Below, in pieces: positions 7,633 through 16,604 of a DNA stretch of 32,741 nucleotides. A program made the translations under genes and the position numbers. The notes below the pieces were generated by a model, which was not told the origin of the DNA, ran no database searches, and was given only the letters and a program-made list of their open reading frames with translations. The first letter of the stretch is position 1. Each line of letters begins with the position of its first letter. This DNA comes from an uncultured Gammaproteobacteria bacterium (lineage in GTDB: Bacteria > Patescibacteriota > Patescibacteriia > Magasanikbacterales > UBA922): the NCBI GenBank assembly GCA_964604685.1, contig CAZRZS010000002.1, forward strand, positions 5,051 to 37,791, given 5' to 3'.

Positions 7633-8703
7633 TCAAGATGTTATCAACATGCCATCCCCAAAGCTATAAAAACGATATTTTTCCTTTATTGCCTGCTGAT
7701 AGCAATGCAACATAAATTCCCTATTTCCCACAAAGGCAGAGACTAACATAAGCAGGGTGGATTTAGGCAAATGAAAATTAGTAATTAAGGCGTCAATGAT
7801 TTTAAATTGAAAACCTGGGGTAATAAACAAATTTATCTCGCCTTGATATGGTTCAAGTCTCTCGTCAGCATAGCCAGCCTGATGTGCCAGACCTTCCAAA
7901 GTACGCACAGTAGTTGTACCTACAACAATCACTCGTCTGCCTTCGCTCTTCGCCTGGTTTATAGCCATAGCTGTGCCAAAATTAAGCTCCACCCATTCAC
8001 TGTGCATCCGATGTTCTTCAATCTCTTCGCTTTTAACCGGCAAAAAAGTACCTAAACCCACATGCAAAGTAATTTCCGCTATTTCCACCCCCTTAGCTCG
8101 AATTTTCTCTATCAACTCTTTGGTAAAATGGAAACCAGCCGTGGGTGCGGCCACTGAACCTTCCTGCTTGGCATAGATAGTTTGATAATCAGCCAAATCT
8201 ACCGGCTGTTTTTTAATATATGGCGGTACAGGCACTTCGCCGCAGTTATTGGCTTTTTGTCGAACCACTTCATCATTATCTGAAAACTGAACTAAAATGG
8301 TGCCATCTTTTTCTTTCAACATAACATCGCAGTAAAAATCAGAAGCAAACTGCAGGCGTAGGCCATTTTGTACATGCCTACCGGGTTTAGCCAAAACTTG
8401 CCAAACCCCAAGGTTTTCCATCGGTCGAACTAAAAAGATTTCCACAGGCTTTCCATGTTCGCGCAATACCTCGCCTTCGGGAGTAATTAGCTGGCCATAT
8501 AACCGAGCGCGAAAAACTTTGGAATTGTTGCAAACTAATAAATCTCCGGTTTTTAGATAATCAAGGAAATCATAAAAATGACGGTGTTCCACCGTCTGAG
8601 TTGTTTTATTTACTACCATGAGGCGTGAGTGATCACGCGGCCATAGAGGCTCCTGGGCAATCAACTCTCTAGGTAGATTATAATCAAAATCTGCTGTTTT
8701 CAT
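7633..8703 (-). CDS. queA: S-adenosylmethionine:tRNA ribosyltransferase-isomerase
   Basis: N-terminus reads DFDYNLPRELIAQEPLWPRDHSRLMV. AAPTAGFHFT and GTTTVRTLE motifs are present, and the 356-aa length is typical. Confidence 0.92.
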   Translation of the reverse strand: MKTADFDYNLPRELIAQEPLWPRDHSRLMVVNKTTQTVEHRHFYDFLDYLKTGDLLVCNNSKVFRARLYGQLITPEGEVLREHGKPVEIFLVRPMENLGVWQVLAKPGRHVQNGLRLQFASDFYCDVMLKEKDGTILVQFSDNDEVVRQKANNCGEVPVPPYIKKQPVDLADYQTIYAKQEGSVAAPTAGFHFTKELIEKIRAKGVEIAEITLHVGLGTFLPVKSEEIEEHRMHSEWVELNFGTAMAINQAKSEGRRVIVVGTTTVRTLEGLAHQAGYADERLEPYQGEINLFITPGFQFKIIDALITNFHLPKSTLLMLVSAFVGNREFMLHCYQQAIKEKYRFYSFGDGMLITS

Positions 8704-9746
8704 AAATTTAAAAATTGCGCACGATTTCTATTATGGTTCTCTAAATTTTTAGCATATTTCACTTCACCTTCAGAAGTTGTCAGAAAATACCAGTCATTAT
8801 TTTTCTCTGGATAAATGGCCGCTTTGATTGATTCCAAGCTCGGATTGCAAATAGGTCCAAAAGGCAAGCCCGGATACTTATAGGTATTCCACGGTGAATT
8901 AAAATTACGCTCTTCTTGAGTAGTGAAAACATCACCAGTTTTACCTAAAGCATAGTGAACCGTGGAATCAGCTTGTAATGCCCAGTTCAAATCATAGCGG
9001 CGCCAAAAGATATCAGCCACCTTTTTCTTATCTTCCAACTCCTTCACTTCTTTTTCTAAAACAGATGCCATAGTTAAAACTTCATAAAATGTCCGCCCGC
9101 TTTTCTCCATGTCCTCCCACAGCTTATCTGTAATTTGATTCTCACGTTCTTGTAATAATCGCAAGATAATATCTGCGACTGTAGCATTTTTGTAAATGCG
9201 GTAGGTTTCTGGAGCTAAATAGCCTTCGTAGCTGGCAAACCATGGCTTATCTTCTAAAATTTTTAAATCTAAATCAATCTCTGGTGCAGACTCAGCCGCT
9301 AGCTTATAATTCACAGCCGGTAAACCCACATATTCAGTAATCTCTTCAGCTTGAAACCTGCCTTGACTTTCAAAATACATACTAATATCACGAATTGTCC
9401 AACCGGGAATAATCGTAATTGTGGCTTCACTTAAGCCAGGTTGACTGAGAGCCTTAGCCACGCGGGACAAAGTAATTGGCGCAACCACTTCAAACTCACC
9501 ATAATTTACTTTCTTATCCAAACCTTTGAAAATTAAATACTTTTTAAACAACCAGCTATTGCGGATAATTTGCTCCTCTTGCAAACGCGTAACTAAATCA
9601 CCCACTGACTCGCCTGACTTAACTTCAAAAACAACTTTATCCACGCCCTTCTGTGCTTCGGCTGTGTAGAGTTCCGAAAGAAAAAACCAGCCAGCAATAA
9701 CTAGGCAGGCAATAATAATCCCCAAAAGTATTTTGTTTAAATTCAT
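8700..9746 (-). CDS. mltG: Endolytic murein transglycosylase MltG (YceG-like)
   Basis: N-terminal TM segment, then ASVLEKE, ADSTVHYALG and NTYKYPGLPFGPICNPS motifs. It overlaps queA by 4 nt. Confidence 0.9.
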   Translation of the reverse strand: MNLNKILLGIIIACLVIAGWFFLSELYTAEAQKGVDKVVFEVKSGESVGDLVTRLQEEQIIRNSWLFKKYLIFKGLDKKVNYGEFEVVAPITLSRVAKALSQPGLSEATITIIPGWTIRDISMYFESQGRFQAEEITEYVGLPAVNYKLAAESAPEIDLDLKILEDKPWFASYEGYLAPETYRIYKNATVADIILRLLQERENQITDKLWEDMEKSGRTFYEVLTMASVLEKEVKELEDKKKVADIFWRRYDLNWALQADSTVHYALGKTGDVFTTQEERNFNSPWNTYKYPGLPFGPICNPSLESIKAAIYPEKNNDWYFLTTSEGEVKYAKNLENHNRNRAQFLNL

Positions 9747-10435
9747 AGAAAAATTTGGTAATTATCTCTGGCCCAAGCCAGACTCTCGGGCTTGCCCACA
9801 TCAATCCAAGGCTTATCTGATTCATAAACATATAAATTTTTCACATTAGGAAAAACATCATATTCAATACTAAATTCATCTTTATCAGGAAAATATTTTT
9901 TAAGACTAGACATAAACATATATACCCCGCCATTTTGATAACCTGGCTGATGTATGCCTTCTTTTTCTTTAAAAACTGTTAAATGATAATCTTTACCATA
10001 GACTAAAGTACCATAGCGAGCCACATCTTCTACATAGGCGCCGAGGATAATGCCATCACTCTCTAAGGGTAGATATTTAAGCATGTCAGTAAAGTCTACA
10101 GTAGTTAAAACATCACCATTCAAAACTATGGTTGGTTCATCTGGGTGTAGAATATATTCTAAACCATGTTTGATGGCTCCGCCTGTGCCTAATTTTCTGT
10201 CTTCAATGGCATAAATAAGTTTTAAACCTAACCTGGCTTCACCAACTTGAGTTTGTAATTTTTCAGCCAAATGCCCGGCAGCCAAAACTACTTCTTTAAC
10301 ACCTAAAGTTTTTAATTTCTCCAATTGCCAATCCAAGACTATCCTACCGCCGATCTCAAGTAAAATTTTTGGTACTTCTTTGGTTATCTCACCTAAGCGG
10401 GTAGATAATCCGCCACATAAAATTATGGCATTCAT
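9743..10435 (-). CDS. Sugar-phosphate nucleotidyltransferase (NTP_transferase fold; substrate unknown)
   Basis: MNAIILCGGLSTRLG...PK signature plus GTGGAI. At 230 aa it is a single-domain enzyme. It overlaps both neighbours by 4 nt. Confidence 0.85.
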   Translation of the reverse strand: MNAIILCGGLSTRLGEITKEVPKILLEIGGRIVLDWQLEKLKTLGVKEVVLAAGHLAEKLQTQVGEARLGLKLIYAIEDRKLGTGGAIKHGLEYILHPDEPTIVLNGDVLTTVDFTDMLKYLPLESDGIILGAYVEDVARYGTLVYGKDYHLTVFKEKEGIHQPGYQNGGVYMFMSSLKKYFPDKDEFSIEYDVFPNVKNLYVYESDKPWIDVGKPESLAWARDNYQIFL

Positions 10436-10998
10436 AACAAGTTTAATAGATAATTATACAAGGGCTGTACTATTTTTTCTAAAAGCCAAAAAGAGAAAAA
10501 ACTAAAAAACAACGCAAAAACTATGCCACCAACAATATCCCGTGGATAATGCACGCCAACGTAAACCCGAGCTAACGCCACTAAAATAGCTAACATCAAT
10601 AAGATTATTATTCCATATAAAGAAGCGCCAACTAAGGCCAGCATAATGGCAAGAATAAAAGAAATAGAGGTATGATCAGAAGGAAAACCTTTCCAACTTT
10701 GACAAGGTTTGATTAACTCTTTGACTTCAGCCAACTCAGTCACTGGCCGGCCATGGGACCAAATGGTGGCTAAAAACCAACTAGTTAAAATATTAAAGAA
10801 TAAAGCGGTTAATAATAATTTAATAAGCAATTTAAAATCCTCCGCACTTAAAAAATTCACACTCCAAAGCAAAACCACAAAAACCAAAATATAAATCAAC
10901 CACTGCGCACAAAACTCCATGAGTTTATCAAGACAAGGCCTTTTGCCCAAAGATTGATTAATTTGCAAAAATAATTTTTGTGACCAAGATAATTGCAT
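10432..10998 (-). CDS. PAP2-family membrane phosphatase (undecaprenyl-diphosphatase-like)
   Basis: Multi-TM protein carrying PSDHTS and VYVGVHYPRDIVGG, which are acid phosphatase motifs 2 and 3. Confidence 0.85.
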   Translation of the reverse strand: MQLSWSQKLFLQINQSLGKRPCLDKLMEFCAQWLIYILVFVVLLWSVNFLSAEDFKLLIKLLLTALFFNILTSWFLATIWSHGRPVTELAEVKELIKPCQSWKGFPSDHTSISFILAIMLALVGASLYGIIILLMLAILVALARVYVGVHYPRDIVGGIVFALFFSFFSFWLLEKIVQPLYNYLLNLL

Positions 10999-10999
10999 A

Positions 11000-11950
11000 T
11001 TATTTTAAACCTTTAATTTTTCTTGCCAATTTATACAATCCATACTTCCACCTATTAAGTATTATATCACAAGCAACTGGATATTCTACATAACTCCCGC
11101 CAAAACCCGCCTTAAACCTAGTCACGCCAGACAAGTCATGTGCTTCCTGCCAGCAAAAATTATTAAAACATTCTCCCGCGCTAGTTTTTGATGCTATGCC
11201 CCAAAAATCATAGTACTGGCAGCCCAAACTCTTGGCCAACTTAATCCCCTGCCATTGTAATAAATATGGCGCCATTAAATTTTTATGATATTGACTTGAT
11301 GCGCCGTGTAAATATGTACAGGTGTTGTGAAAAATAATTAATAAATTACTGACCACAGGTTTATTATCAACATAGGCTGTTAGCTGGTGACACATATCCA
11401 GGTCTAACATTTTCTTATAATATTCTTTGTCATGACTTTGAAATTGATCCCGCTCTGTGGTTTCCTGATTTAATTGCCAAAAAACATCCAGATTTTTTTC
11501 TTGTTTTATTGTCACACCTTTTCTCTCCCCCAACCCTATATTATATCGCGTCTTACTATGCATGCCCTGCAGTAATTCCTCTGCTGATTTAGTTAAATCT
11601 AGAATTAAAGTTTGCTGGGGTTGGCGATTTTTTACTGGTACACCACTTTGTATTTCTTGTAGTGGTTCAAGGCGAATAAAAGCCAAACCCTGTTTATCCA
11701 GCCAGTCTTTCATCTCTGGTAAATAACTCTCTAGTCTTGGAAAATACCCATATTGCACGCCTAAACCTAGTTTGTGGACAAACCCCTGTATTTGGTCACT
11801 TTGAGAGCCCAAAATCTGTAATCTCAACGGTTTTTGTCCCATTTTACCCTGAAAGATGCCCCAATCCCAAGATTGCAAAAAAGAAGGCAAATTCTTTTGT
11901 TTTTGCCATTTTTCCCATTCCCCCTTATTTTCACAAATCTTGATTTTCAT
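11000..11950 (-). CDS. FemAB-family peptidoglycan interpeptide-bridge aminoacyltransferase
   Basis: FLQSWDWG, TRYNI..GERKGV, YLHGASS and YDFWGI motifs are typical of FemX/FemAB (lipid II aminoacyl transferases). Confidence 0.85.
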   Translation of the reverse strand: MKIKICENKGEWEKWQKQKNLPSFLQSWDWGIFQGKMGQKPLRLQILGSQSDQIQGFVHKLGLGVQYGYFPRLESYLPEMKDWLDKQGLAFIRLEPLQEIQSGVPVKNRQPQQTLILDLTKSAEELLQGMHSKTRYNIGLGERKGVTIKQEKNLDVFWQLNQETTERDQFQSHDKEYYKKMLDLDMCHQLTAYVDNKPVVSNLLIIFHNTCTYLHGASSQYHKNLMAPYLLQWQGIKLAKSLGCQYYDFWGIASKTSAGECFNNFCWQEAHDLSGVTRFKAGFGGSYVEYPVACDIILNRWKYGLYKLARKIKGLK

Positions 11951-11956
11951 GCTCGT

Positions 11957-11985
11957 ATTTTAGCGAAAAAGGGGTAGTTTGGCAA
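11957..11985 (-). promoter_or_regulatory. Candidate promoter of the cell-wall/queA operon (TTGCCA-17-TAAAAT), 6 nt before the ATG
   Basis: Minus strand has TTGCCA (11985->11980), a 17-nt spacer and TAAAAT (11962->11957), with the ATG at 11950. The geometry predicts a leaderless transcript. Confidence 0.45.
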
Positions 11986-11999
11986 TATCAAACTCCCTA

Positions 12000-12028
12000 T
12001 TGATTTTTTTTATAATATAATATATAAT
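12000..12028 (+). promoter_or_regulatory. Candidate rpmF-nusB-rnc promoter (TTGATT-17-TATAAT)
   Basis: TTGATT at 12000-12005, a 17-nt spacer and TATAAT at 12023-12028, which is 32 nt before the rpmF ATG. Confidence 0.55.
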
Positions 12029-12060
12029 GTAGCCGTTAATTACTAATCAATCATAAATAT

Positions 12061-12291
12061 ATGGGTTTACCTGCCAAACAGAGAACTAGAACTTCAAAAA
12101 AACAAAGAAGTTCACATTTCGCTTTAAAAAAGAAAGCCACGGCTAAATGTGAAAAATGCAAGGCTCCAACCACTCCACATCAAGCCTGCTCTCAATGCGG
12201 TACCTACAAAGGCCGTCAAGTTATTGATGTGGCCAAACGCGCTGCCCGTTTAAAACGCTCACGCAAAGGCAGTGGTAAAACTGATCATTAA
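12061..12291 (+). CDS. rpmF: 50S ribosomal protein bL32 with a basic C-terminal extension
   Basis: Sequence reads PAKQRTRTSKKQRSSHF...C.KC......H..C..CG.Y.GR, the bL32 zinc-ribbon signature. Confidence 0.9.
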   Translation: MGLPAKQRTRTSKKQRSSHFALKKKATAKCEKCKAPTTPHQACSQCGTYKGRQVIDVAKRAARLKRSRKGSGKTDH

Positions 12292-12300
12292 TTTCAAACT

Positions 12301-12729
12301 ATGTCCAATCGACATCTGGCTCGTTGTATTGCTATGCAAGCCCTCTATCAATGGGATTTTCGCGGTGGTGTAAACAAAAATCTTCCAACCATTGTTGAAC
12401 AAAACCTGGCTGAGTTTGGTTTTGGTTTAGAAGAAGAAAAAAAATTTGTCCATGATACGATTGAACAGGTTATTAAGCACCAAAAAGAATTGGATGCCAT
12501 AATTGCTAAATATGCGCCTAATTGGCCGATTGAACAAATTACTATTATTGACCGCAATATTCTCCGCATTGGCGTCTACGAATTAAAATTCAATGAAGAG
12601 ATCCCCGCTAAAGTGGCCATTAATGAAGCCATTGAAGTTGCCAAAAGCTATAGCGGACCCGCCTCTGGCAAGTTTGTCAATGGCGTTTTAGGAGCAATAT
12701 ATAATGACATGAATAAAGACAATAAATAA
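12301..12729 (+). CDS. nusB: Transcription antitermination factor NusB
   Basis: [25 protein letters not shown] and [11 protein letters not shown]....[10 protein letters not shown] motifs are present. Confidence 0.9.
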   Translation: MSNRHLARCIAMQALYQWDFRGGVNKNLPTIVEQNLAEFGFGLEEEKKFVHDTIEQVIKHQKELDAIIAKYAPNWPIEQITIIDRNILRIGVYELKFNEEIPAKVAINEAIEVAKSYSGPASGKFVNGVLGAIYNDMNKDNK

Positions 12730-12743
12730 TATATTAATTATCT

Positions 12744-12792
12744 CCGGCTTTCAGTAGTTGATCTATCTAATAGGTTATGTGCTGAAAACTGG
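12744..12792 (+). promoter_or_regulatory. Stem-loop in the rnc 5' untranslated region
   Basis: CCGGCTTTCAG (12744-12754) pairs with CTGAAAACTGG (12782-12792) at 10 of 11 positions, one of them G-U. A short CCCC/GGGG hairpin follows at 12797-12808. Confidence 0.4.
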
Positions 12793-12823
12793 TGATCCCC
12801 ATCTGGGGTAACTAGTTAAATCT

Positions 12824-13591
12824 ATGGACATTGTTCCAGAATATGCAGAGAAAAATTTCTCTGCCCTAGAAGACAAATTGGGCATTAAATTCAAAAATCC
12901 AAATTACTTGGTGCAAGCGCTAGTGCATCGGTCATATATAAACGAAAATCGTGAATTTCCCTTGGATCATAATGAACGCTTGGAATTTCTCGGCGATGCA
13001 GTTTTAGAACTAGTCATTACTGAATATCTATTTGAACACTATCTCAATCCTGAAGGTGAACTCACCTCTTGGCGGGCTGCTCTAGTCAATGCCAAGATGT
13101 GTGCTTTGGTTGCCAATGAAATAAACTTGGAAAATTACCTCTTTCTTTCTCATGGCGAGAACAAAGACGCTGGCACTAAAGCCAGAGAATATATTTTAGC
13201 CAATGTCACTGAATCCTTAATTGGCGCCATTTATATTGATCAGGGTTGGGATATTACCAAGCAGTTTATCACCCGCTGGGTTATTTCTAAACTGCCAAAA
13301 GTTCTGGGACAAGGTCTATGGATGGATGCCAAATCACGCTTCCAAGAATCAGCTCAAGAAATTGTTGGTTTAACCCCAACTTACAAAGTCTTAAAAGAAG
13401 AGGGACCAGATCATGCCAAACATTTTGTGGTCGGAGTCTATTTAGATAAAGAAAAAGTCGCTGAAGGCGAAGGTACCAGCAAACAAGAAGCTCAAGTTGA
13501 CGCGGCAGAAAATGCCTTACAAATAAAAAAGTGGAAAGGACCGCATGTTGAGGTGATGGTACGAGACAAAAATAATACGTATTTGGGATAA
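12824..13591 (+). CDS. rnc: Ribonuclease III
   Basis: NERLEFLGDAVLELVITEYLF is the RNase III signature. A C-terminal dsRBD reads GPDH.K.F.V.V.........GEG.SKQEAQ..AA..AL. Confidence 0.93.
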   Translation: MDIVPEYAEKNFSALEDKLGIKFKNPNYLVQALVHRSYINENREFPLDHNERLEFLGDAVLELVITEYLFEHYLNPEGELTSWRAALVNAKMCALVANEINLENYLFLSHGENKDAGTKAREYILANVTESLIGAIYIDQGWDITKQFITRWVISKLPKVLGQGLWMDAKSRFQESAQEIVGLTPTYKVLKEEGPDHAKHFVVGVYLDKEKVAEGEGTSKQEAQVDAAENALQIKKWKGPHVEVMVRDKNNTYLG

Positions 13592-13665
13592 GCGCCGCTA
13601 GCTCAGCTTGGTAGAGCAGTTGCCTCTTAAGCAAACGGTCCAGGGTTCGAATCCCTGGCGGCGCA
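13592..13665 (+). tRNA. tRNA-Lys (anticodon CTT)
   Basis: GCGCCGC / TAGCTCAGCTTGGTAGAGC / anticodon loop CT-CTT-AA / GGTTCGAATCC / GCGGCGC + A. It begins on the base immediately after the rnc TAA stop. Confidence 0.93.
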
Positions 13666-13677
13666 CTGCTTACCCCT

Positions 13678-13749
13678 GCCCCTGTGGTGTAATGGATAAC
13701 ACAACGGTCTTCGGAACCGTTGATCCGGGTTCGATTCCTGGTAGGGGCA
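13678..13749 (+). tRNA. tRNA-Arg (anticodon TCG)
   Basis: GCCCCTG / TGGTGTAATGGATAACACA / stem ACGGT, loop CT-TCG-GA, stem ACCGT / GGTTCGATTCC / TAGGGGC + A. Confidence 0.88.
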
Positions 13750-13750
13750 C

Positions 13751-13777
13751 AAAAAACGACCTTTGAAGGTCGTTTTT
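13751..13777. terminator. Bidirectional terminator shared by the rnc-tRNA unit and the pilus operon
   Basis: aaaaaa-CGACCT-ttga-AGGTCG-ttttt. A second minus-strand hairpin at 13803-13829 lies just after the last pilin gene. Confidence 0.85.
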
Positions 13778-13838
13778 AAAAAATGAAAGATTGGGCTTAA
13801 TTTATCCGCCCCATTTTTTACGGAGCGGATATATAAAT

Positions 13839-14330
13839 CTATCTTACAACTACAATCTGATCACTATTTTCTGATTCACAAGCATATACTGAAATTGCAC
13901 CTGTCGTACCAACTGACAAAGTATAACCAGTATAATTAGCAGACCAAATACCTTGACCATTTGGACTTGTTGGTATAGCGCCAAGGTAACCAGCTGTTTG
14001 TAAACCGGATAAATCAACACAAGTTGTATCACCAGTTACGTTGGTGTCACAATAAGCATTCTGGTCATCACATCCTATTGCGGCCGTGCCAATCATATAA
14101 ACATTACCAGCGCTTAAAGCTTGTATTGTCGCTAAATTATAACCACCATTGTCCACTTGATATAAATTAATTGCATGGGACAATTCGCTGATTTCTTGCC
14201 AGCGTACAGAGTCGCGTGAATCCTGAAAACGCGTTAAAGGATCCAAAGCGACAAAGACCACGGCTGCCAAAATTGCAATAATGGCAATCACAATCAAAAG
14301 CTCAATGAGCGTAAAACCTTTGTGCCTCAT
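13839..14330 (-). CDS. Type IV pilin, major-pilin-sized paralogue 2 (163 aa)
   Basis: MRHKG|FTLIELLIVIAIIAILAAV is a class III signal with Glu at +5. The C-terminal half has four Cys and shares the C.DL.GL...GYLG..P..P motif with the other pilins. Confidence 0.9.
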   Translation of the reverse strand: MRHKGFTLIELLIVIAIIAILAAVVFVALDPLTRFQDSRDSVRWQEISELSHAINLYQVDNGGYNLATIQALSAGNVYMIGTAAIGCDDQNAYCDTNVTGDTTCVDLSGLQTAGYLGAIPTSPNGQGIWSANYTGYTLSVGTTGAISVYACESENSDQIVVVR

Positions 14331-14361
14331 AAAGTTTTGGATTAAAAAATAAAATTATTTT

Positions 14362-14859
14362 TTATCTTGAAACGGAAATAGCACCAGTATTTTCTGATTC
14401 ACAAGCCTGAATTGTAATAATGCCTGTACTCGCTTTCTTCAAAGTATAACCTGTTATTGTCTCATCCCAAGTAGCATTACCTGTTGGACTGACAGGCACC
14501 GAACCAAGATATCCTTGACTGGCTAGACCAGTTAAATCTACACAGTCTGTAGTATTAATAATAGCCACATCACAATTTCCAGCATTATAAGCAGTATTAC
14601 AAGCAGAAACTGCCGTACCAATCATATAGACAGTATCATTCACCAAATTGCTAATGGCCATTAAATAATATCCACCATTATCGATTTGATTAATTTTAAT
14701 CGCCGACAATAAAGCGGTGGTATCTTGCCAGCGTGAAGCATCACGTGCATCCTGAAAACGCGTTAAAGGATCTAAAGCTACAAAGACCACGGCTGCCAAA
14801 ATTGCGATAATGGCAATCACGATTAATAATTCAATTAAAGTAAAACCTTTTCGTTGCAT
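14362..14859 (-). CDS. Type IV pilin, major-pilin-sized paralogue 1 (165 aa)
   Basis: MQRKG|FTLIELLIVIAIIAILAAVVFVALDPLTRFQD. The first 35 or so residues are almost identical to the downstream paralogue. Confidence 0.9.
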   Translation of the reverse strand: MQRKGFTLIELLIVIAIIAILAAVVFVALDPLTRFQDARDASRWQDTTALLSAIKINQIDNGGYYLMAISNLVNDTVYMIGTAVSACNTAYNAGNCDVAIINTTDCVDLTGLASQGYLGSVPVSPTGNATWDETITGYTLKKASTGIITIQACESENTGAISVSR

Positions 14860-14870
14860 ATAATTTTTAC

Positions 14871-16208
14871 TTAAAAATTAAAATTGCTACTTGTAACAGT
14901 TACAGCTTCAGTGGATGAAGACTGGACATTAAAATTAAATTCGGGAATTTGTTCTAATTGTTGTTGAATCTGTAAAGGCACATCTCTTACCTCTTGACTA
15001 TGCTGCCAAAATAAATAAGCAACCAATAAACCTCCAACTATTATAACTAACAATAAAATAATTAACAAAAGACGTGTGTGAGTTTTCTGTGCTTCTTCCT
15101 CTTGGCCTGATATCTTTTCCTCATCAATCACTAAATTGGTTTTTTTAGAAAGAGGCTTTTCTTCTTTTAAATCTTTAAGTATGGGTATGCTAGGATCAGT
15201 ACTTTCCCAATGATTGTGTAAACCTCGCAGGCCCAAGCCAATTGCCTCTATATACTCCAAAGGGACCTTTACATCTAGAGATTTGGCATTGCCAATTTGC
15301 ACCGGTAATTTAACATTCTCTTCTAAATATTTATTCAAACCTTTTAACTGGCTAGTGCCGCCAATTAAAACTAACTTTTGCACTTCCATTCCAGTTTGCT
15401 CTTTAAAATACTCTACTAAAGTTATAATTTCCTTACTTATTGTACTTAATTCTTTTTCCAGAGCTTTTACCACCAGTTTACTCTTACTTTTCAAGCCATC
15501 TTTAATTTTAGCCGCTTCCGCTTTCTTTTCATCTAATTTAACGGCTCCGGCCACGGCCGTCGTCAAATTGTTGCCAGCTATATTTATCACTTCTTCATAA
15601 TGTAATCCATTTTTGTCAAACACTGCTAAATAAGTAGTTGTAGCGCCCAGATCTACTAGGCAAACCGGCTCTTTGGGCAAAGTAGAAAACAAATCTCGAA
15701 AACTTGCCAAAATTTCTACATCTAAAAACTGCACCTCAAATTTATTTTTCTTAAAAAATCTCAACCACTCCTTAACCACATCTTTACTGGCAGCTGCTAC
15801 TAAAACCTCTGTCCCATCCTTTTTTTCTTCTAAAACCCGATAATCATAAACTAAACCATCTTCTACTAGTGGAATATTCTTTACGACTTCAGTTTTAATT
15901 AACTCTTCTCTTGCTTTCTTGCTATGCGCCGACAAAATAAAATTTCGTAGATAGACCTGGGATTCGGGCAAAGCAAAAATTATTTTTCTACCAGTTATGG
16001 CTCTTGGCTTGGCCATCTTAAATAATTGCTTTAAAGCCTGAGACAGTTTAATTTCATCTTTTATTCTGCCACGCTCAACTATACCAGCCTCCAATTTCAT
16101 CCGGCCTAAATTTTTTACCTTCACATGCAAACCAAAACCCTTCAACTCTGCCACCTCCATAGTCTGGTCAGCAATGTCCAAGCCAATGACTTTCTTAGTT
16201 AAAAACAT
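14871..16208 (-). CDS. pilM: PilM actin-like ATPase fused to a PilN-like transmembrane tail
   Basis: VIGLDIADQTMEVAEL, VDLGATTTYLAVF and LIGGTSQLKGL are sugar-kinase/actin-fold motifs. A C-terminal TM segment reads LLLIILLLVIIVGGLLVAYLFW. I prefer the ATG at 16208 (MFLTKK) over the track's TTG at 16232. Confidence 0.85.
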   Translation of the reverse strand: MFLTKKVIGLDIADQTMEVAELKGFGLHVKVKNLGRMKLEAGIVERGRIKDEIKLSQALKQLFKMAKPRAITGRKIIFALPESQVYLRNFILSAHSKKAREELIKTEVVKNIPLVEDGLVYDYRVLEEKKDGTEVLVAAASKDVVKEWLRFFKKNKFEVQFLDVEILASFRDLFSTLPKEPVCLVDLGATTTYLAVFDKNGLHYEEVINIAGNNLTTAVAGAVKLDEKKAEAAKIKDGLKSKSKLVVKALEKELSTISKEIITLVEYFKEQTGMEVQKLVLIGGTSQLKGLNKYLEENVKLPVQIGNAKSLDVKVPLEYIEAIGLGLRGLHNHWESTDPSIPILKDLKEEKPLSKKTNLVIDEEKISGQEEEAQKTHTRLLLIILLLVIIVGGLLVAYLFWQHSQEVRDVPLQIQQQLEQIPEFNFNVQSSSTEAVTVTSSNFNF

Positions 16209-16210
16209 AG

Positions 16211-16603
16211 TTAATTTTCTTCTTCCTGCCAAGAATTAAGGACAATAGTATCACCGTTTAAAGTGGCCTTGACTAACAATTTGTTATTATATTCACCCAC
16301 ACTGGCCGCTACTGCTATTGCTCGTTCAAAACCATTACTAGTTACTGATATTATACAGGAATTTTGGCCAATGTTCAAAGTCTCGCCGGAATAGTTTTCG
16401 TCTAAATACAAACGGCGTAAAGCTTCTTCGGCACAACCTTCAGCCAAAGCCTGTGCTTCATTACCTTTTTGTGAAGTCCAACCCATATCTAAATCACCCA
16501 AACCTAAAATAATAGCCGAAAAAGCCATTAACAAAACTGCCGTACTGACAATGACAATAGTCAGCAAAGCAACCATACCTCGTTTGTCTTTTACAACTAT
16601 CAT
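16211..16603 (-). CDS. PilX-like accessory pilus protein (130 aa)
   Basis: KRGMVALLTIVIVSTAVLLMAF hydrophobic N-terminus followed by AQALAEGCAEEALRRL. The same helix motif opens the 1116-aa protein. There is no Glu at +5. Confidence 0.6.
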   Translation of the reverse strand: MIVVKDKRGMVALLTIVIVSTAVLLMAFSAIILGLGDLDMGWTSQKGNEAQALAEGCAEEALRRLYLDENYSGETLNIGQNSCIISVTSNGFERAIAVAASVGEYNNKLLVKATLNGDTIVLNSWQEEEN

Positions 16604-16604
16604 A

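Noticed and set aside
13287-13634. 115-aa minus-strand ORF
   Set aside because: It lies antisense to the rnc 3' half and runs into tRNA-Lys, and it has no motif support.
15214-15600. Other tracked antisense ORFs inside the pilus and surface-protein genes (13850-14032, 15214-15600, 17435-17653, 23160-23354, 26447-26629, 27441-27665, 27819-28102, 28260-28742, 28845-29042, 29465-29746, 31694-31924)
   Set aside because: All are embedded in longer ORFs with strong motif support on the opposite strand or in another frame. Their composition is low-complexity, as expected from AT-rich antisense translation.
16209-16232. Upstream TTG start for pilM (track start 16232)
   Set aside because: It would overlap the preceding gene by 22 nt and add a non-conserved MAGRRKLT. 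The ATG at 16208 lies 2 nt after the upstream stop, like the other junctions in the operon.
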